NCBI GenBank assembly: GCA_051362555.1
Contig: CM120642.1
Location: forward strand, 27,032,001 to 27,096,000
Direction of reading: 5' to 3'
Origin: Lingula anatina
Taxonomy: Eukaryota; Animalia; Brachiopoda
Length of the DNA: 64,000 bases
Of this stretch, positions 1 to 13,300 are shown in pieces. How positions within the stretch are numbered: the stretch's first letter is position 1; each line of letters starts with the position of its first letter. The position numbers and the translations under genes were made by a program. The notes under the pieces are model-generated. The model searched no databases. It had not been told where the DNA came from and saw only the letters and a list, made by a program, of their open reading frames with translations.

Positions 1-133
1 ATTCTTATATCCTGTGGTGCCGTCTAAGGGCAGTCTTTGTAATCCTCTCGTCTGACATATTCTTGACAATATGGCCTACCCACCATAATCTTCGAAGATC
101 GGCATTCCAACCAAGTTTACATTTTACTCTTAG

Positions 134-276
134 GCAAGGTCAGCTTCTGAATGTACATGGTGAAAAGATATCAGAGGATGTATTCTACAAGACCTTGGTG
201 GACACTGTGAGCAGCTGGCCCAATGTAAGCCTTGTGGACTACTGCTGTGCTGAGAGTATTATGGCCAGTGAGGCTG
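134..276 (+). CDS. GHDC: GHDC exon (third from last)
   Basis: ttttactcttag|G acceptor, G|gtaagg donor; QGQLLNVHGEKISEDVFYKTLVDTVSSWPNVSLVDYCCAESIMASEA. Confidence 0.85.
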
Positions 277-1411
277 GTAAGGGGACAGAATTTCAATATT
301 TCTCAAGGTCCATATCAGAAGTGCAACATTGCCAACTCCGTGTATCTAGAATTTTTTTTTTTTTCAGAATTATTTGTTGTTCTATTTTAAATAACATCTA
401 TAACAATAGATAACATATTTGAAGCACATTTTAAGCACTTTGTTGTTGGCAATCATTGACTTGAAAACAATAATAATCTGATTAGCAGATAGCAAAAAAA
501 AAAAAAATCTCCAAATATTTTAAGACATCAGTGAAAAGAGTTTCACTTAATTACAATACTGAGGCAAATTAATGAATATATTTTACTTATCACTATAACA
601 AATGTTTTCATGGGATGTGATCCCAATAGAGAGTGATATTCCCTATGAACGGACCTGCACTAGAAAATTTAACAAATCTGATGACGTATGTTGTTTGTTC
701 AATTGTAGACAGAAAAGGATCAACTCCGTACTATATGGTCTTCTTGGAGCTCTCAGAAGAGAAGGCAGGGACTCTTGGGACGAAGCAAATGTGCATGGTA
801 TGTTTTAATGGAGTCATGTTCAGTAAAATGATAAATGACAATTTATTTTGAAGTGACAACTATTGGTTCTGCTTTAGTTACATGTGTTATTGACTCATTT
901 TAACTTCACTTTGGGAATATTTAAGAAATTGGTTCAGATGTAAGTCAGTCGAGACTCAGAATTTATGCAGTGTTATTTACTCATTTAACATACTGTTTGG
1001 ATTTGCAAAAGAAAGATAAAACTTTTAATAACTTTTTATCTCACTCTTTGGTACTGTATTAATTTTCTATGAATATGATTTAAACTTAAAACAAATATCT
1101 GCATTATTATTATTTATTTATTTATTTATTTTTTTAATTTTATTTATTTATTATTTATTTATTTTTTGTTCTTTTAGTTGGACCAAAATTTGCAAGAATC
1201 TTCCTATCCATACAAGTCTTTTAGACAGAAGAGAGGCATTGGTCCCATGGTAATTTATGTAGTAAAGCCTGGAAGTTTTCAGGAGCTCCGGAAATTCATG
1301 TTGGAAAATACAACAGCGACAGCCAACCAATTTAAAGTACCACGAGTTTTGAAGCGAAAAGATGCCGTTTCTTTCATGATCGAAAGATCTCTTTGTTGTT
1401 ATAGAACTTAA
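134..1411 (+). CDS. GHDC: GH3 domain-containing protein (GHDC-like), 3' part; join(134..276,709..797,1178..1411)
   Basis: Spliced translation RQGQLLNVHGEKISE...VDYCCAES...PYYMVFLEL...LDQNLQESSYPYKSFRQKRGIGPMVIYVVKPGSFQELRKFM...NQFKVPRVLK* matches the GH3-family C-terminal motifs (L-x-V-x-G-E-K, Y-x-x-F-x-E-L, Q-F/Y-K-x-P-R). GT-AG sites are phase-compatible. Upstream exons lie outside the window. Confidence 0.88.
709..797 (+). CDS. GHDC: GHDC penultimate exon
   Basis: ttgtag|AC acceptor, ATG|gtatgt donor; DRKGSTPYYMVFLELSEEKAGTLGTKQMCM; phases match both neighbours. Confidence 0.8.
1178..1411 (+). CDS. GHDC: GHDC last coding exon
   Basis: ttcttttag|TTG acceptor; contains QFKVPRVLK; TAA stop. 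Confidence 0.88.
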   Translation: MDQNLQESSYPYKSFRQKRGIGPMVIYVVKPGSFQELRKFMLENTTATANQFKVPRVLKRKDAVSFMIERSLCCYRT

Positions 1412-1773
1412 CTGGAAATGTTAGTGTAATTGTGTTATATGTCTGTTTCAATGTGTTTTCAAGAAAATGTAGAAATAATTACTGTGCTAGAACTGCTTAT
1501 AATTGCAAAGGGTGTGCTATGACAATGCTATAGTGTTACATGGATTGTGACAATTCAAAATTAAATTTGTTCCTACCTGATATTTATTACTGACTTCATC
1601 AAACGCTTACCAAATACCTTTTTCATTGACTCGTGGTCATTTTACAATGACATTCACAGTGCTGGGTTTAACTTTTTTGAAAGATGCAATCTGCACTCCT
1701 TAGAAGAGTAAAAAATCACTGCTGCAGATTGAAATTGAAGTCCTTCACTGTTCCATGTGCATGTGGAAATTGA

Positions 1774-1779
1774 AATAAA
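1774..1779 (+). terminator. candidate proximal polyadenylation signal of GHDC
   Basis: AATAAA ~360 nt after the stop, followed by a GT/T-rich tract (tagttttgtgtagtttttt). Confidence 0.4.
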
Positions 1780-4700
1780 TAAATTATGGTTATGTCTAGT
1801 TTTGTGTAGTTTTTTTTTAATTATTTGAATGCATTTCAGAACCTACCCCCTTCCAGTTTAATAAAGAAAAGTAAGAAAGTGGTAGGGACTCGAACCATTC
1901 TGTGAAAAAGGTGGAGATGGAGGGGGGGGGAAGGGGGGGCATGGAAATTCACTTATTTACTGCACATCTATGTAACTGTGATGGCAGTAATTCAAGCAAA
2001 TCATTTTTTGTGGCGTGTATCATTTGCAATCCTTAAAGGAAAGAGAAATTTATCGGGGATGATTTTGCTTCTGAGGTGCATGTGAGTGGCCAGTTGAATT
2101 AAAAGCTTTCCTCTTCAGATATTCTACACAAAATAGAGAAATATTTGCTGTGGAGGGCCTGCACTTACCAATACCTGGAAAGTGCTCTATGCAAGTTACG
2201 TGGCCTGCATAATTTGCACCCACAGTTGTATGTTTATGATTTCAATGCTAAGAATCCGTGCTTGCCATACGACCATGTTGACCTTAATAGATGGCAACCC
2301 TCTGTAATAATTTCATGAGATTATTACAAGAACTACAGTTTTCGAAAAAAAGAAAAACAGAATGGAATCATTAACCACTGTAAAGCATCGAAAAATTGTT
2401 GCTTACCCCAGGAAATTCTGTTTTATGGCACTTTTCCTTCCAAAGTGAAGAGTTGGCATCCCTTTCACTCACAGGGACATTACATGGATTTTGGAAAAAT
2501 TTGCAATTTTATACTCTTTGGTACTAAATCCCATCTTCCTTTAACTTCTTTAGAGCCATTTATTTTGGAAGTCTGACAACGGAACTAATTACAGTTTTAA
2601 TTCATTTCTCCTGGGTGTACACTTCACTTTTATCTTAAGGCTGATGATTCTAGCCTTCTCTAACAGATAACCATCAACAATTCTAATCATAAGCAGTCAC
2701 AGTTTTCTGTTCACACTGAAATTTTCATGTAAACTAGGTATGTGTCTGTAGTTTTAGCTTTATTGGATATTTGCATTCTGTATTTAATTCATCTGTTTAG
2801 TAAAATTGGCCATTTCTTTAATTCAATATTATTGGCACTAAAAATAAGGCCTTCTTTCACGCTCTCCATACTATTCATCTGGTAAGTCAATTAGCTGTGC
2901 ATACCTTTTTTTTAATTTATTAATTTGAGCAAGTCACATTGGGGAGCTTTAGACGACCAAGCAAGAATAAAGAGGAGGGGGGAGGAGAATGAAACTATTG
3001 GTAAAAGACCATTGAGAAACTTGAGAATATATTCAGCACTTAAAGATTGCTGGCATTTTGTCTTGCTCCTAGTATTTCTTTGCAGATAGATTCATTTCAA
3101 AAGGCGAATTTTTTATAAAGTGCTTAGGAAAAAAAATCAGAAAAAAGGCACAATTCTTATTTTTAAAAATCATATCAACCGATTCTGAAACCCCAGGTGC
3201 ATTTTAGTGCTATAAATCTTTCTCGTATTTTTTGAGAATAAGAACTATCATGGTTTTTCATTCATTTGGTTTTAAGTAAAAAAAAAAAAAAAGGGACAGG
3301 GTGTCTGGGAAGTGCAAGGTGAAGGCTATGTGTCCATACATGTTTACACAATAAAAATAAGTGTCTGATGTAAAGATAGGAGTGTAGCTTTAGAGCTTGC
3401 CTAAGGCCCGATTACCTAAGATATGCCCCTGAAAGGAACTCCACAGAGACATTTTTCTTAACCTTTTCACAATTGAAATTTTCATCTAGTGCTATAATTT
3501 GCAAATCAAAATATTGATGAAACTCATTAATTAATTAATTTATTTATTAACTGAGCTAGTGGTCAAGTTTTTTTTGCAAGTAAAATTTATCAGGTGTTTA
3601 GATAGGATCACAACTTGAGTGCTTGCCATAGGCATTATTTTTCTTAGATGTGTCCATGATATCTACCCATCACCAGTGTTTGCCCATGTCCCAGTCATTT
3701 ATCTTGCTTGTATTGTTCACTGATAAAGCAATTTTGATGTAATGGTGGCCAGTGTGATGTTTTTCAAAGCCATGGGTGGTGATGCAAATGATGTAACCGC
3801 TTCACATCCCAGTGTAAAAACTTCACTTGATATACTTGACAGATAAACAACATGTCCTTTGGTGCACTGATAAGGTAGATCAACACACTGGTGAATAGCT
3901 ACTCAGCTAATGTTTGTACTTTCATTCTTTCCAACATAAAATAAACTTTATAGTATTGATAAAATCTGTCTGCATTTTCCATTTCCAAATTATTTATCTA
4001 TCTTTTTGGTGTGTTAGATTATAGGAAAAGGTTTGAGCTAGGGAAGATTTTTCTTTGCAAATGTGGAAAGAAACTATTGTATCAACATCTCGCTTCATGC
4101 ATTAATATTCATTCCTTTCTTGAGCCTTTTCCAAAGGCCCATCTCACTGGCAGCATAATAGACTGTTCGTTTTCTGGTCTCTCCCCATTTTCAGACTGAA
4201 TGTTATTTTAACTGATATTTTCTTTGTACCTCTCTTAGTACCACGCTCATGATATACTTTTGTCGCATCTCCATCTTAGAGCTCATGACATTTTTTTTTT
4301 TTTAAAATTCTTAATCACGATTTTCATTTAATCTGAAAGGGCAAACCTCACACCATGTAAATAGACAGGTTCAGAGAAACACTGTCTACTGTAAACCAAG
4401 TTGCTTTTTATTATTTTAGTATTTTTAATGTTACAATGTCCATTTTAACAGTTTACCTTTCAAGATTTAATAGAAACTACAGCTGAACTGTTAACCTGTG
4501 TAAATTGCTAGAATTCTTCTTTAAATTTTGACCTGCAACTGAAGTGGGGAAATTTGAAGTCATTGATCTTTTACTTTACAAAAAAAAGGGCAAAGTGTCA
4601 AAGAAAAAAAATTTAAAAAAGGAAACAATGGCTATTTACTCATTAAGAACCAATTCAGGTTTATGACAGACCTTTTTTCAGCTAATCAGGTTAATTTGTG

Positions 4701-7126
4701 GTTTTGACAACCTCAAATGAGCAAATTATGTGTTTCTTAAATTGTGTTTGAATGGAAAACAGAGCTGCAGTCCTTCTTTAAAAAACCTGTTACAGCAGTA
4801 AGTGAAGGAATATTAAGGAGACATTTTTTCTATGATGTGGTATGATGTGGTATGACAAAATGTGGTGTTGATATAACAAAAAGGAAGACATAAAGAACTT
4901 ATTCCTGTGTATTTGGCAAGTAATGTGATTAAATAATAATTTGTACATTCATGTTTCTGGGTTGGTTCAAAAACAGATAATCAACAATTTCATATTTTTT
5001 CCTTGGTGTTAAACATCAACAAGAATTATACAGTAACATGTTTACAAAGATCAAACACAAACATCTCTTTCAGCTGCCTAATAATTAAAATCCAAATGCC
5101 ACAGTACTTCCACAATGTCTAATACAGCATTAAGACAGCACTTACAGTTCATGACAAGACCCACAATTTAAATGGTGAAAGTGCTTGAGGTATTAAACAA
5201 CCTTTGTATCAAACACATGACAAGTATGATTAAATAAAACCTCTTTATAACAAAACAACATATCAATAAACTGAAAAACCTAAAAGGAAAGACCCAAGAG
5301 TGTGAAGTATCTTCATATATACTCCCTTAATTATAACATACACTCCCTTAAATCATAACAATATATAGTCCTGGTTCAAGTTGAATAAGCAGTATTGTTA
5401 TCCTGAGAATTGAATATTGACAGGAGTTGAATGAAGTCAATTGTTTGGCTGGATTCCATGGCTGAGTATATTCAAACTACTACCTGGGCAAAATATGAGC
5501 CTTTTGGCCCATGCATGCCAATGACATACAAGATAATGTGCATATGTACTTTACTCAAGTGAATATTCTATTTTTTTTTTAGAATAAAGTAGAATAATTA
5601 AAATAAATATTTGCATTTGATTTTAAAGATTGCAAAAAAAAATTGTATGTACTTGATAGATATAATGAACTATATGTATATAATTCTTTATAGATAAACA
5701 TCCTTATTTTACAATTTCACAATCATCTCCCTCCTCATAAATGTCAACCATTTCAAACCTCAACATGGACCATCAATCACTTTAATCATAAACAAAATAA
5801 ATGACAAAAAATAATAAAATAAATAAAAAAAATTAAATAAAAATAAGAAAATATTATAACAGATAATCAGATAGGCCAGCACATGTCCCACAGTGCATGG
5901 CAGAAAGCCATCTTCTCAGATTGGCAATTCTCTAATGGGATTTCAATCAACTTAACAACATTCATTAACCGTCAAACTTTTAAATCCCAAAGAGCAAAAA
6001 TGAGACATTATTCTTTACAACAGAATATGCGACCAATTCTAAGTATTAGCAACATTTCCATTTACACAATTCCAGTAAAGTCGGAATTGCAATCCTTTGC
6101 AGGTTCTTTTTCAGACAGACAGAAAGAAACCTATTCAAATTTATGCATTAGACCATGCTGCAAACCTGGTTAATTCACGCTATCTTTGCCAAGAGAACTG
6201 GAGATGAACAGGACCAGTAAATTGAGTGGTAACAAACCTGACATTCCAAGGTGAAATCAATTTGTTTAAGAGCAAAAGGCAGTAGTGCAGCATCTTCATT
6301 TAAGCTTTTGATACATGCTGCCATCCAAGTATTCTTATTGTTATATTATTCTTAAAGTTGTTTATTTGTAAACAGTTGCAAAAGAATGTTGCATATACAT
6401 GTACAATATCAGCAGGACAACAAAATTTCAATTTAATAGTGTCTTTCACAATACAACTGTAACTGGTATATTTTCTGACCCAGTGCCATATGATTACAAA
6501 AAATAAGTAAAATCCGTAAGAAAACACTTTGTTTTCTTATACAGTTTTTTTTCTTATACAAAAAGGGAAAAATTCACATGGCATTGTCAGCCTATATTGA
6601 TTAACCCTGTCTCTTCAACAAACCCCAACTGCCATCTGTTATTACTTAATTAGCAGGAAAGAAGAAAGCCTAATTGACCACATTGCTTTTTGTTTTTATC
6701 ACAAGTTTCCCCAAAGGTCACCCGTGGTTGGTTAAGAGTCAGGAAAATCTGAATATCTCCCAGCCCACCTTTCCCTCAGATCAATTAATTAGGCCTCCAG
6801 TGAGTATCCTGAAAAAAAAAAAAAAAAAAAAAACCTTCCCGTTGCATTCCAACTCCACTGCAGTAATCTTGATTGGTCAGCAGCTTGATAGATGTAAAAA
6901 AATGTTGCCTCCATTGCTGCAGTTTCTGATTGTCCCCACATTATATGTCAATCTTTCGTACATTGTCTCTGTATGTGATACACAAGTTCTTCAGCTAAGA
7001 AGTTCACCAGTCCAGTAACCAATAAATCACAACAAACCATGTTTTGGTGGCACAGCACTGGTCCTATATAAAACCATGGAGTAATGACTGGGTGATTACA
7101 CCAGTCATCCTGTTCACAATCACTCT

Positions 7127-7315
7127 CTACAGCGTAGATGAGTCCGAGTTTTGCTCCCCAACGTCAGGTAGCCTTGGCCGGGAGCATTTAAGTACTAAGT
7201 CCTCATAAGTTCCACCATGTAAAAAGCAGACCAGTATAGCAGTCATGTTGTCACAACCTAGGCCACCTACCTCTGGAGCAGGTGCTAGACACCTTGTCAG
7301 CAGATCTTCACAGAT
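7127..7315 (-). CDS. PP2C coding exon 9 (last)
   Basis: [31 protein letters not shown]...DSSTL*, TAG stop. Confidence 0.92.
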   Translation of the reverse strand: MCEDLLTRCLAPAPEVGGLGCDNMTAILVCFLHGGTYEDLVLKCSRPRLPDVGEQNSDSSTL

Positions 7316-10300
7316 CTGAAATAGACAAGTACTGAAATAGGCCACAATGACACACATATGGGATATAATATTAGATAATTATTTCCTGATAATTTTCCTA
7401 TAAAATGTTTAAGCAGCTTATGGATGATTACAAATCACTCAAAATGCTCAGAAAAGTACATCTAATTGACTTTGTGCAGGCTTTTGTCCCTCATAAAAGA
7501 CTTGGGATTTTTGCATGCAATTTTCAAATATGTGAACAGTTTGTTTAGCTGGAAGGAGCGATCAGTGAATTGTATATCATAATAAGACTGTTTACTCACA
7601 ACATCAGGTTCTACTCTTTGTGCTATCCGAGATCGTACAAAGTCGACCACCTCTTGGTTTGTGAGGACATCCCAGATGCCATCACATGCCAGGACTGTAA
7701 ATTCTAGATCTTGTGTTATTTCATACACTGTTACATCTGGGTTAGCTGAAAAATACAGTCAAAGAAGTAATTTTAAATTATTATTATTATTTTTTTTTTT
7801 TTGGGGGGGGGGGGGGGGGCATTAATTATCTCAAAATATACTTAATTTTTTCGTCACGTTAAAGTGAACCAACAGTGATACAACACATTTCCAGAATAAA
7901 ACAGTCAATTATTGTTATTATTTTTCAAACTAATTATTTGTATTTTTCAACAGGGATTTTTTATTGTCTCTTGTATAAAGATGGCAAAAAGTGGATCTTC
8001 ACCTATCAAGATACTGATAACATGCTTTTACTTGTGAGGTATGACATTGCATGCCTCAAATTTAAAAAACATGAGTCTCTTTTAAAACAATTCTCATGGG
8101 TAATATTAATCTTAGAAATTCAGTCCTTAAGCTTTCAGGTATGAACAACAAGTGTAGCAACAATAAATTAAAAAAGAATCGTTCATTATAAAGTCAACCA
8201 TGGGAATTTAAACCACCTAATAATCTTACCTGTAACAATTTGTTCCTCTGCACTTTTCTCTGAATTCTTTTTGAATACAAAATCACCTAAAGCTCTGGAG
8301 AGTGCCAAATTACCTGTGAAGAAATGAGTAATATGAATTAATAAGTCATATCACCATTATGTTGAAGCATGCAAGATGGAATCAGTTAACCGCTGCCAGA
8401 TTTCCCCTATTTACTCATCACCATCACCACCATATACCATAATCATACTGGTTAAACTCATCAACTATTCACAAAATATTATCATTATATAAAATTAATA
8501 TCAATTCTTACGTCATAGACTGATTCCCATGCCAAAAGCTGATTCATTTATCAAAGCAGTACTGTTTTTAACTGTCAAGACATTTTTCTCCATTTTAAGT
8601 AAACTACCAATACATATTCATCAAAACATGAAAAATATTTACCATTGACCCTATTAAATTCTACCCATCCACCAGCAGCTATAATTCTTTTTGTTTCTAA
8701 TTCATTACAAGGTTTATGGTCCATAGAAGAGAAATCCACTTTGCCTCGCACTGATGCTATTACTCTAGAATCCCCAGCATTTCCCTAAAGAAAAAAATTA
8801 ACAAATAAATTATCATCATACAGTATTATTCCAAAAAAAAGAGAAATCCTTTTTAAAGAGACAGCAGTAAAAACTTGGAAGATTTCATCATCAAAAAATA
8901 ATTTTTTAACATGCATGAATCCTACAATTTTTTAAAAACACGTTTTCCTGCCATGTGAATTTGACAAATATTTCAAAACATTTGATGTGTAAGCAGGTGC
9001 TCTGAATAGCATTACAGGGAAGGCAGACTATTATGGACTGGTGAGCATTCCCAGGGTATCTACGTTATCTGTTTTTGGTGACAGTTCCCCCAAGGTAAAG
9101 TCACCCTAGACTGATCCTGTCAGATAAAACTATGAAGTTTGTGTTATTAAAAAATAGGGCAGGACCATAAATTCAGCTTGTGGTCTGTTGTTTGATGTGC
9201 CAGTCCTGAAAAACTAAGTACAGGGACAGTATTCTTTTCAGAAATGTCTTACTTTCCATACACTGAAAGCGCTTTCATACTTTTGGGGGGGCAGTAAGAT
9301 TAGAGGGGGGTAAAAAGAAATAAACAATATATCTTCATGTAAGCATCTAATAATTTTGATAAAATGAAAAATAACTTTTGTTTTTTGCTGAAGTCAACTG
9401 GATGAAATGAAGTGCTCTACTTGAATAAATCACATTTGTATGTGCCACAACAGTCAACCAATTTTTCTAACAGCAGGGAGATATTAAAATCTGATAGCAT
9501 TTTGTTTCTTTTGAACAGGGACAAATACCCTGCAAGAAAGCGCCTGGCTCGTCTATCAATCGTCTGAAGTACACAAACGCAATTTTAATTAAAATTACTA
9601 TATAAATTTAGTTACTTACACAATATAATTTATTATCTTTTATTAATGTGCATACACAAGTGGTGCCAGCTAGTTCTTCTTTCATGGTTTCATCTGAAAA
9701 TAAAACATATTCATCGTCATGTTTCAAGAATAAATGTGTTACGTAATACAAATATGAAAGACAAAGATGAAAGAATGACATCAAGGATCGTTGATTTTAC
9801 TTAAATTTGTAAATCATCCCAAGACAACCTTAGGGTGCTATACCAGTACAGATAGCGTCTAAACTGTAATATAAATTGGCAGTATCACACGGGTTCTGCC
9901 CCAAGCTTCTGTTTTTTCCCCCATTTCAAATTTGGTAAGTCATTACAATTGGTTTCAAGTGCGATTTGTAAACCAGTTATTATACATTCTTGCTTCTTTC
10001 AGTAATTGTCCAGAAACGTGGAGAACAAAAAAGTGCCAATTTTGCCAATTTTGATGAAGCCTTTGGTTTGAGAGATATGACCCCCAGATGACAGAAAACC
10101 ATTTAAAAAAGAGCAAATTGCACTTTTTGTAGATGGAGTCTGAACAACACACCAAAAGAAAAATTCAGGAAAGTATAGTGTAGTCCTTTTCAATAGCAAT
10201 TCAAGGCTGTCAGGTAAGTATTGGCATGTGCCCTGGAGACCAAGAAATCCCTGACAATGGAAAATGATTTTTTACAGTGCTTACTTCGAGATTGTAACTT

Positions 10301-13300
10301 CTAGCAACAATGCATTCATGAAATACACAAAATCATAATTTATGTCATTTGTAACCAGAAACAGTGGCTTTGTAAATATTTATCAACTTCTCTCCCCCCC
10401 CCCCCCCCCCCCCCCAACATACTGTTTACATAAGAAGAATACATACTGTATGTACATGTATAAACAGAATAATAAAAAGTCCCTTCAAATCAGTAGTTTT
10501 ACCTTGACTCATTTCTTGGTCCAGAGCTAAGAAACCTTTCCTAATAGCTTCTTCAATATTCCCTTGGCCTGTAAACAAAGCATTCAGGCATGAAATGCAT
10601 AGCTGACAATAAATTTTAAAAACTTTAATTCACTGGTATAAACGCTTTTATGTTATTGACTTCTCAGTGGTAACTGAAAATTAGGATGAGTGTTAAGAAA
10701 ATACATACTTAAACATAAAATAGAACATATACTGACAGTAAAATTTCATACTAGTAAATATATGAATGCTTTGTTTGTGTTTATTTCAAACTTTTTCATA
10801 GTATGGCCCATATTCAAACCTGGGACAAAAATCAAGCTCAGTTTTCTTTTCAAAACCTCCAAAAAGTTCTCTTCATTTACCTGAATGTTTCCCACAGAAT
10901 AACCTATCATGACATACTTACTGTATTCTGGCTGGCTGAGAATTTTCCTATGCAAATGATTGGCTGAGTATTCAGCTACTCTAGCACCTGTGAAGAAAAA
11001 ATATACATAATATGATTTCAATTTCTCCTTGATAACTACTCAATTATTCTATTTATAAATACAAAATAAGTCTTTTCTCCACTTTGCTGCTGACCTATAT
11101 ACTATTCATGCTCTATCTGCTGACTGATAATAAACAGTAAACAGGATTTCTGTTATAACTGGAACCAATTTAAAATAAAAAACATCACAGCATGTCATTT
11201 ACCTTCTTTAGCAATTTTCGGGGTAACCTTTTATCTTAGGCAAAGAGTATTTACCAAGGAAACCAACTACATTGTTTATCTCTTGTTGCAATACCAAAAA
11301 AAGGTGAACAGCACTCTGGTGTCTGTACATAAAATAAGACCAAATTATCGAAAAAAAAATTACTGAATAACCAGTTTAGAAATTGGCCTGCATTAAGTGC
11401 AATGAACAACCCCTGTGAGTCTGAAACAAAATGGCAACACTGATTTCCAACTCTAGCTCCTGCTCCAAAGATACTCAAATGATGACAATAAGTACATGTA
11501 CAGACATTATCGTGACTGTAAATACAAATGAAAGGATCAGCTTGCGCAACATGGCCAAAGTTTGTCACTTCTATTGTGATGCTGATTATGTCACTGATCA
11601 GATGATAATATTATATCTTATCTGACTGTGAAACCATGGGGAATTCATTGTATCACATATAAACCTTATATCATATTTCCTACTCATACTGTAATTGTAA
11701 TTGTATACAACACACTCTTTTCACCATTCTTATCAAAAAGTACCAACATGTGAACCATTTCACATTATATTATATTTTCTGCAACAAACATTTTTTATCC
11801 TTTGAAAAACTTTTTGTCACATTTTTTACTTGAGTATTTCAATAAAGGTGAGAAGAGGCTAAAAATGAAAAGATGTCTTACAGGGTTTGATATGTTATTA
11901 TGTGAAATACTTAATCAATAAGATTGCTCACTGCACTTGGAATAAGGTGAAATGTGAAATACTTATTTTGATATTGTTGTAATAAAAATAAAAACAAACA
12001 CGTGGAAGCCAAAAATGTTAATATGCCCACTGTGTGTTAGAAAAAACAGAAGACTGCATTTGGTAGCCTGTCAGGAAAAAAAACCAGTTTATAGCATTGC
12101 CAGTTTCATTCAATAACATGAAAGGGAACACACTTATCTACCTATCCTCCATGCTGGGTTCACTCTATAAGAGCACTACCTCAAAAATTTCATGGCCTGT
12201 CAATTACAATCGACTGCCTTGATAGAAGAAACAGAAAACTCTTTAATGTGTCTTAACTACCTGACAAATACTCCCTCGTTATCATAACTGCGCGCACATA
12301 GATTACAACGTGTGCAACACATCTTAATATTGTTGGTACAACTTGGGTTGTGCACAAATCACTCGAACATGTATTTTGATTACTGCTCATTAACTAACAT
12401 GTTTCCTGGTAAGATCCTCCCATAAACCATTTCCCAGTATACAAAGGTCTACTTATGTTAGTAACTAAACATTACCACCAGGCAGTTAACCAAAATACTG
12501 CAAGCAGTGTGTTTGGACTAATGTTTATAGCTATTTTCCCACCTGGCACGTTTTACCAAGCCACTACATGCAGGCCAAGGTGCAAAGTGATTATAATGCT
12601 TTCTGGTAGACATTTGTTCCTGCTCTTTCCAAGGCATGAGAGTATAAATCATCCTTAATGATAGTTTACTACCTCCTCTTTTTTTCAAATTATTTTTCAC
12701 TATGACTGCTAAGATCTCACAGCACATTTTTTTCCTGATTGCTTGTTCGATATGCCAACACTGCAATTTAACACAATCCCTGAACCAATCAGCTGTTTTG
12801 GACTTTAAAAAAGAAGGAAAATGTGTGGGGTTGAGTAAAATATGTGCACAGCTTACCTCCATGGCCATCATAAACCCCAAAGAAACTGGCTTCCTTATCA
12901 CCAGGCAGTGACAGCAGGTGTGTATGAGCATCTTCCATATCTGTGACTAAGTTAAGGAAACAACAAAGTAAAAATAAAAAGCACCAGTATTACCCTTGCA
13001 TATAATTTTAACTTTTTAGGTTAATATATTTCATTTTAAGTAAGTCACATCAGTTGATGAATTCTTATGGTTGCCTGTTGGGCAAGTCTGAAAGAGCATA
13101 TAGGGTGCACTGCTGCTCCATCTTTTTTTAAAATATTACTGACTTGACTTGACACATTCTGAATTTTAAAATAATGTGCTTACTTAGACACTTGTCTCAA
13201 ACCTTATAATTAAAGTACACATTTACTGTGACATGTTTTAATTCCTTTTGTTACTTAAGCAGAATATTTCAACGACTTCCCCATTCATCCTTTTTGTAAC

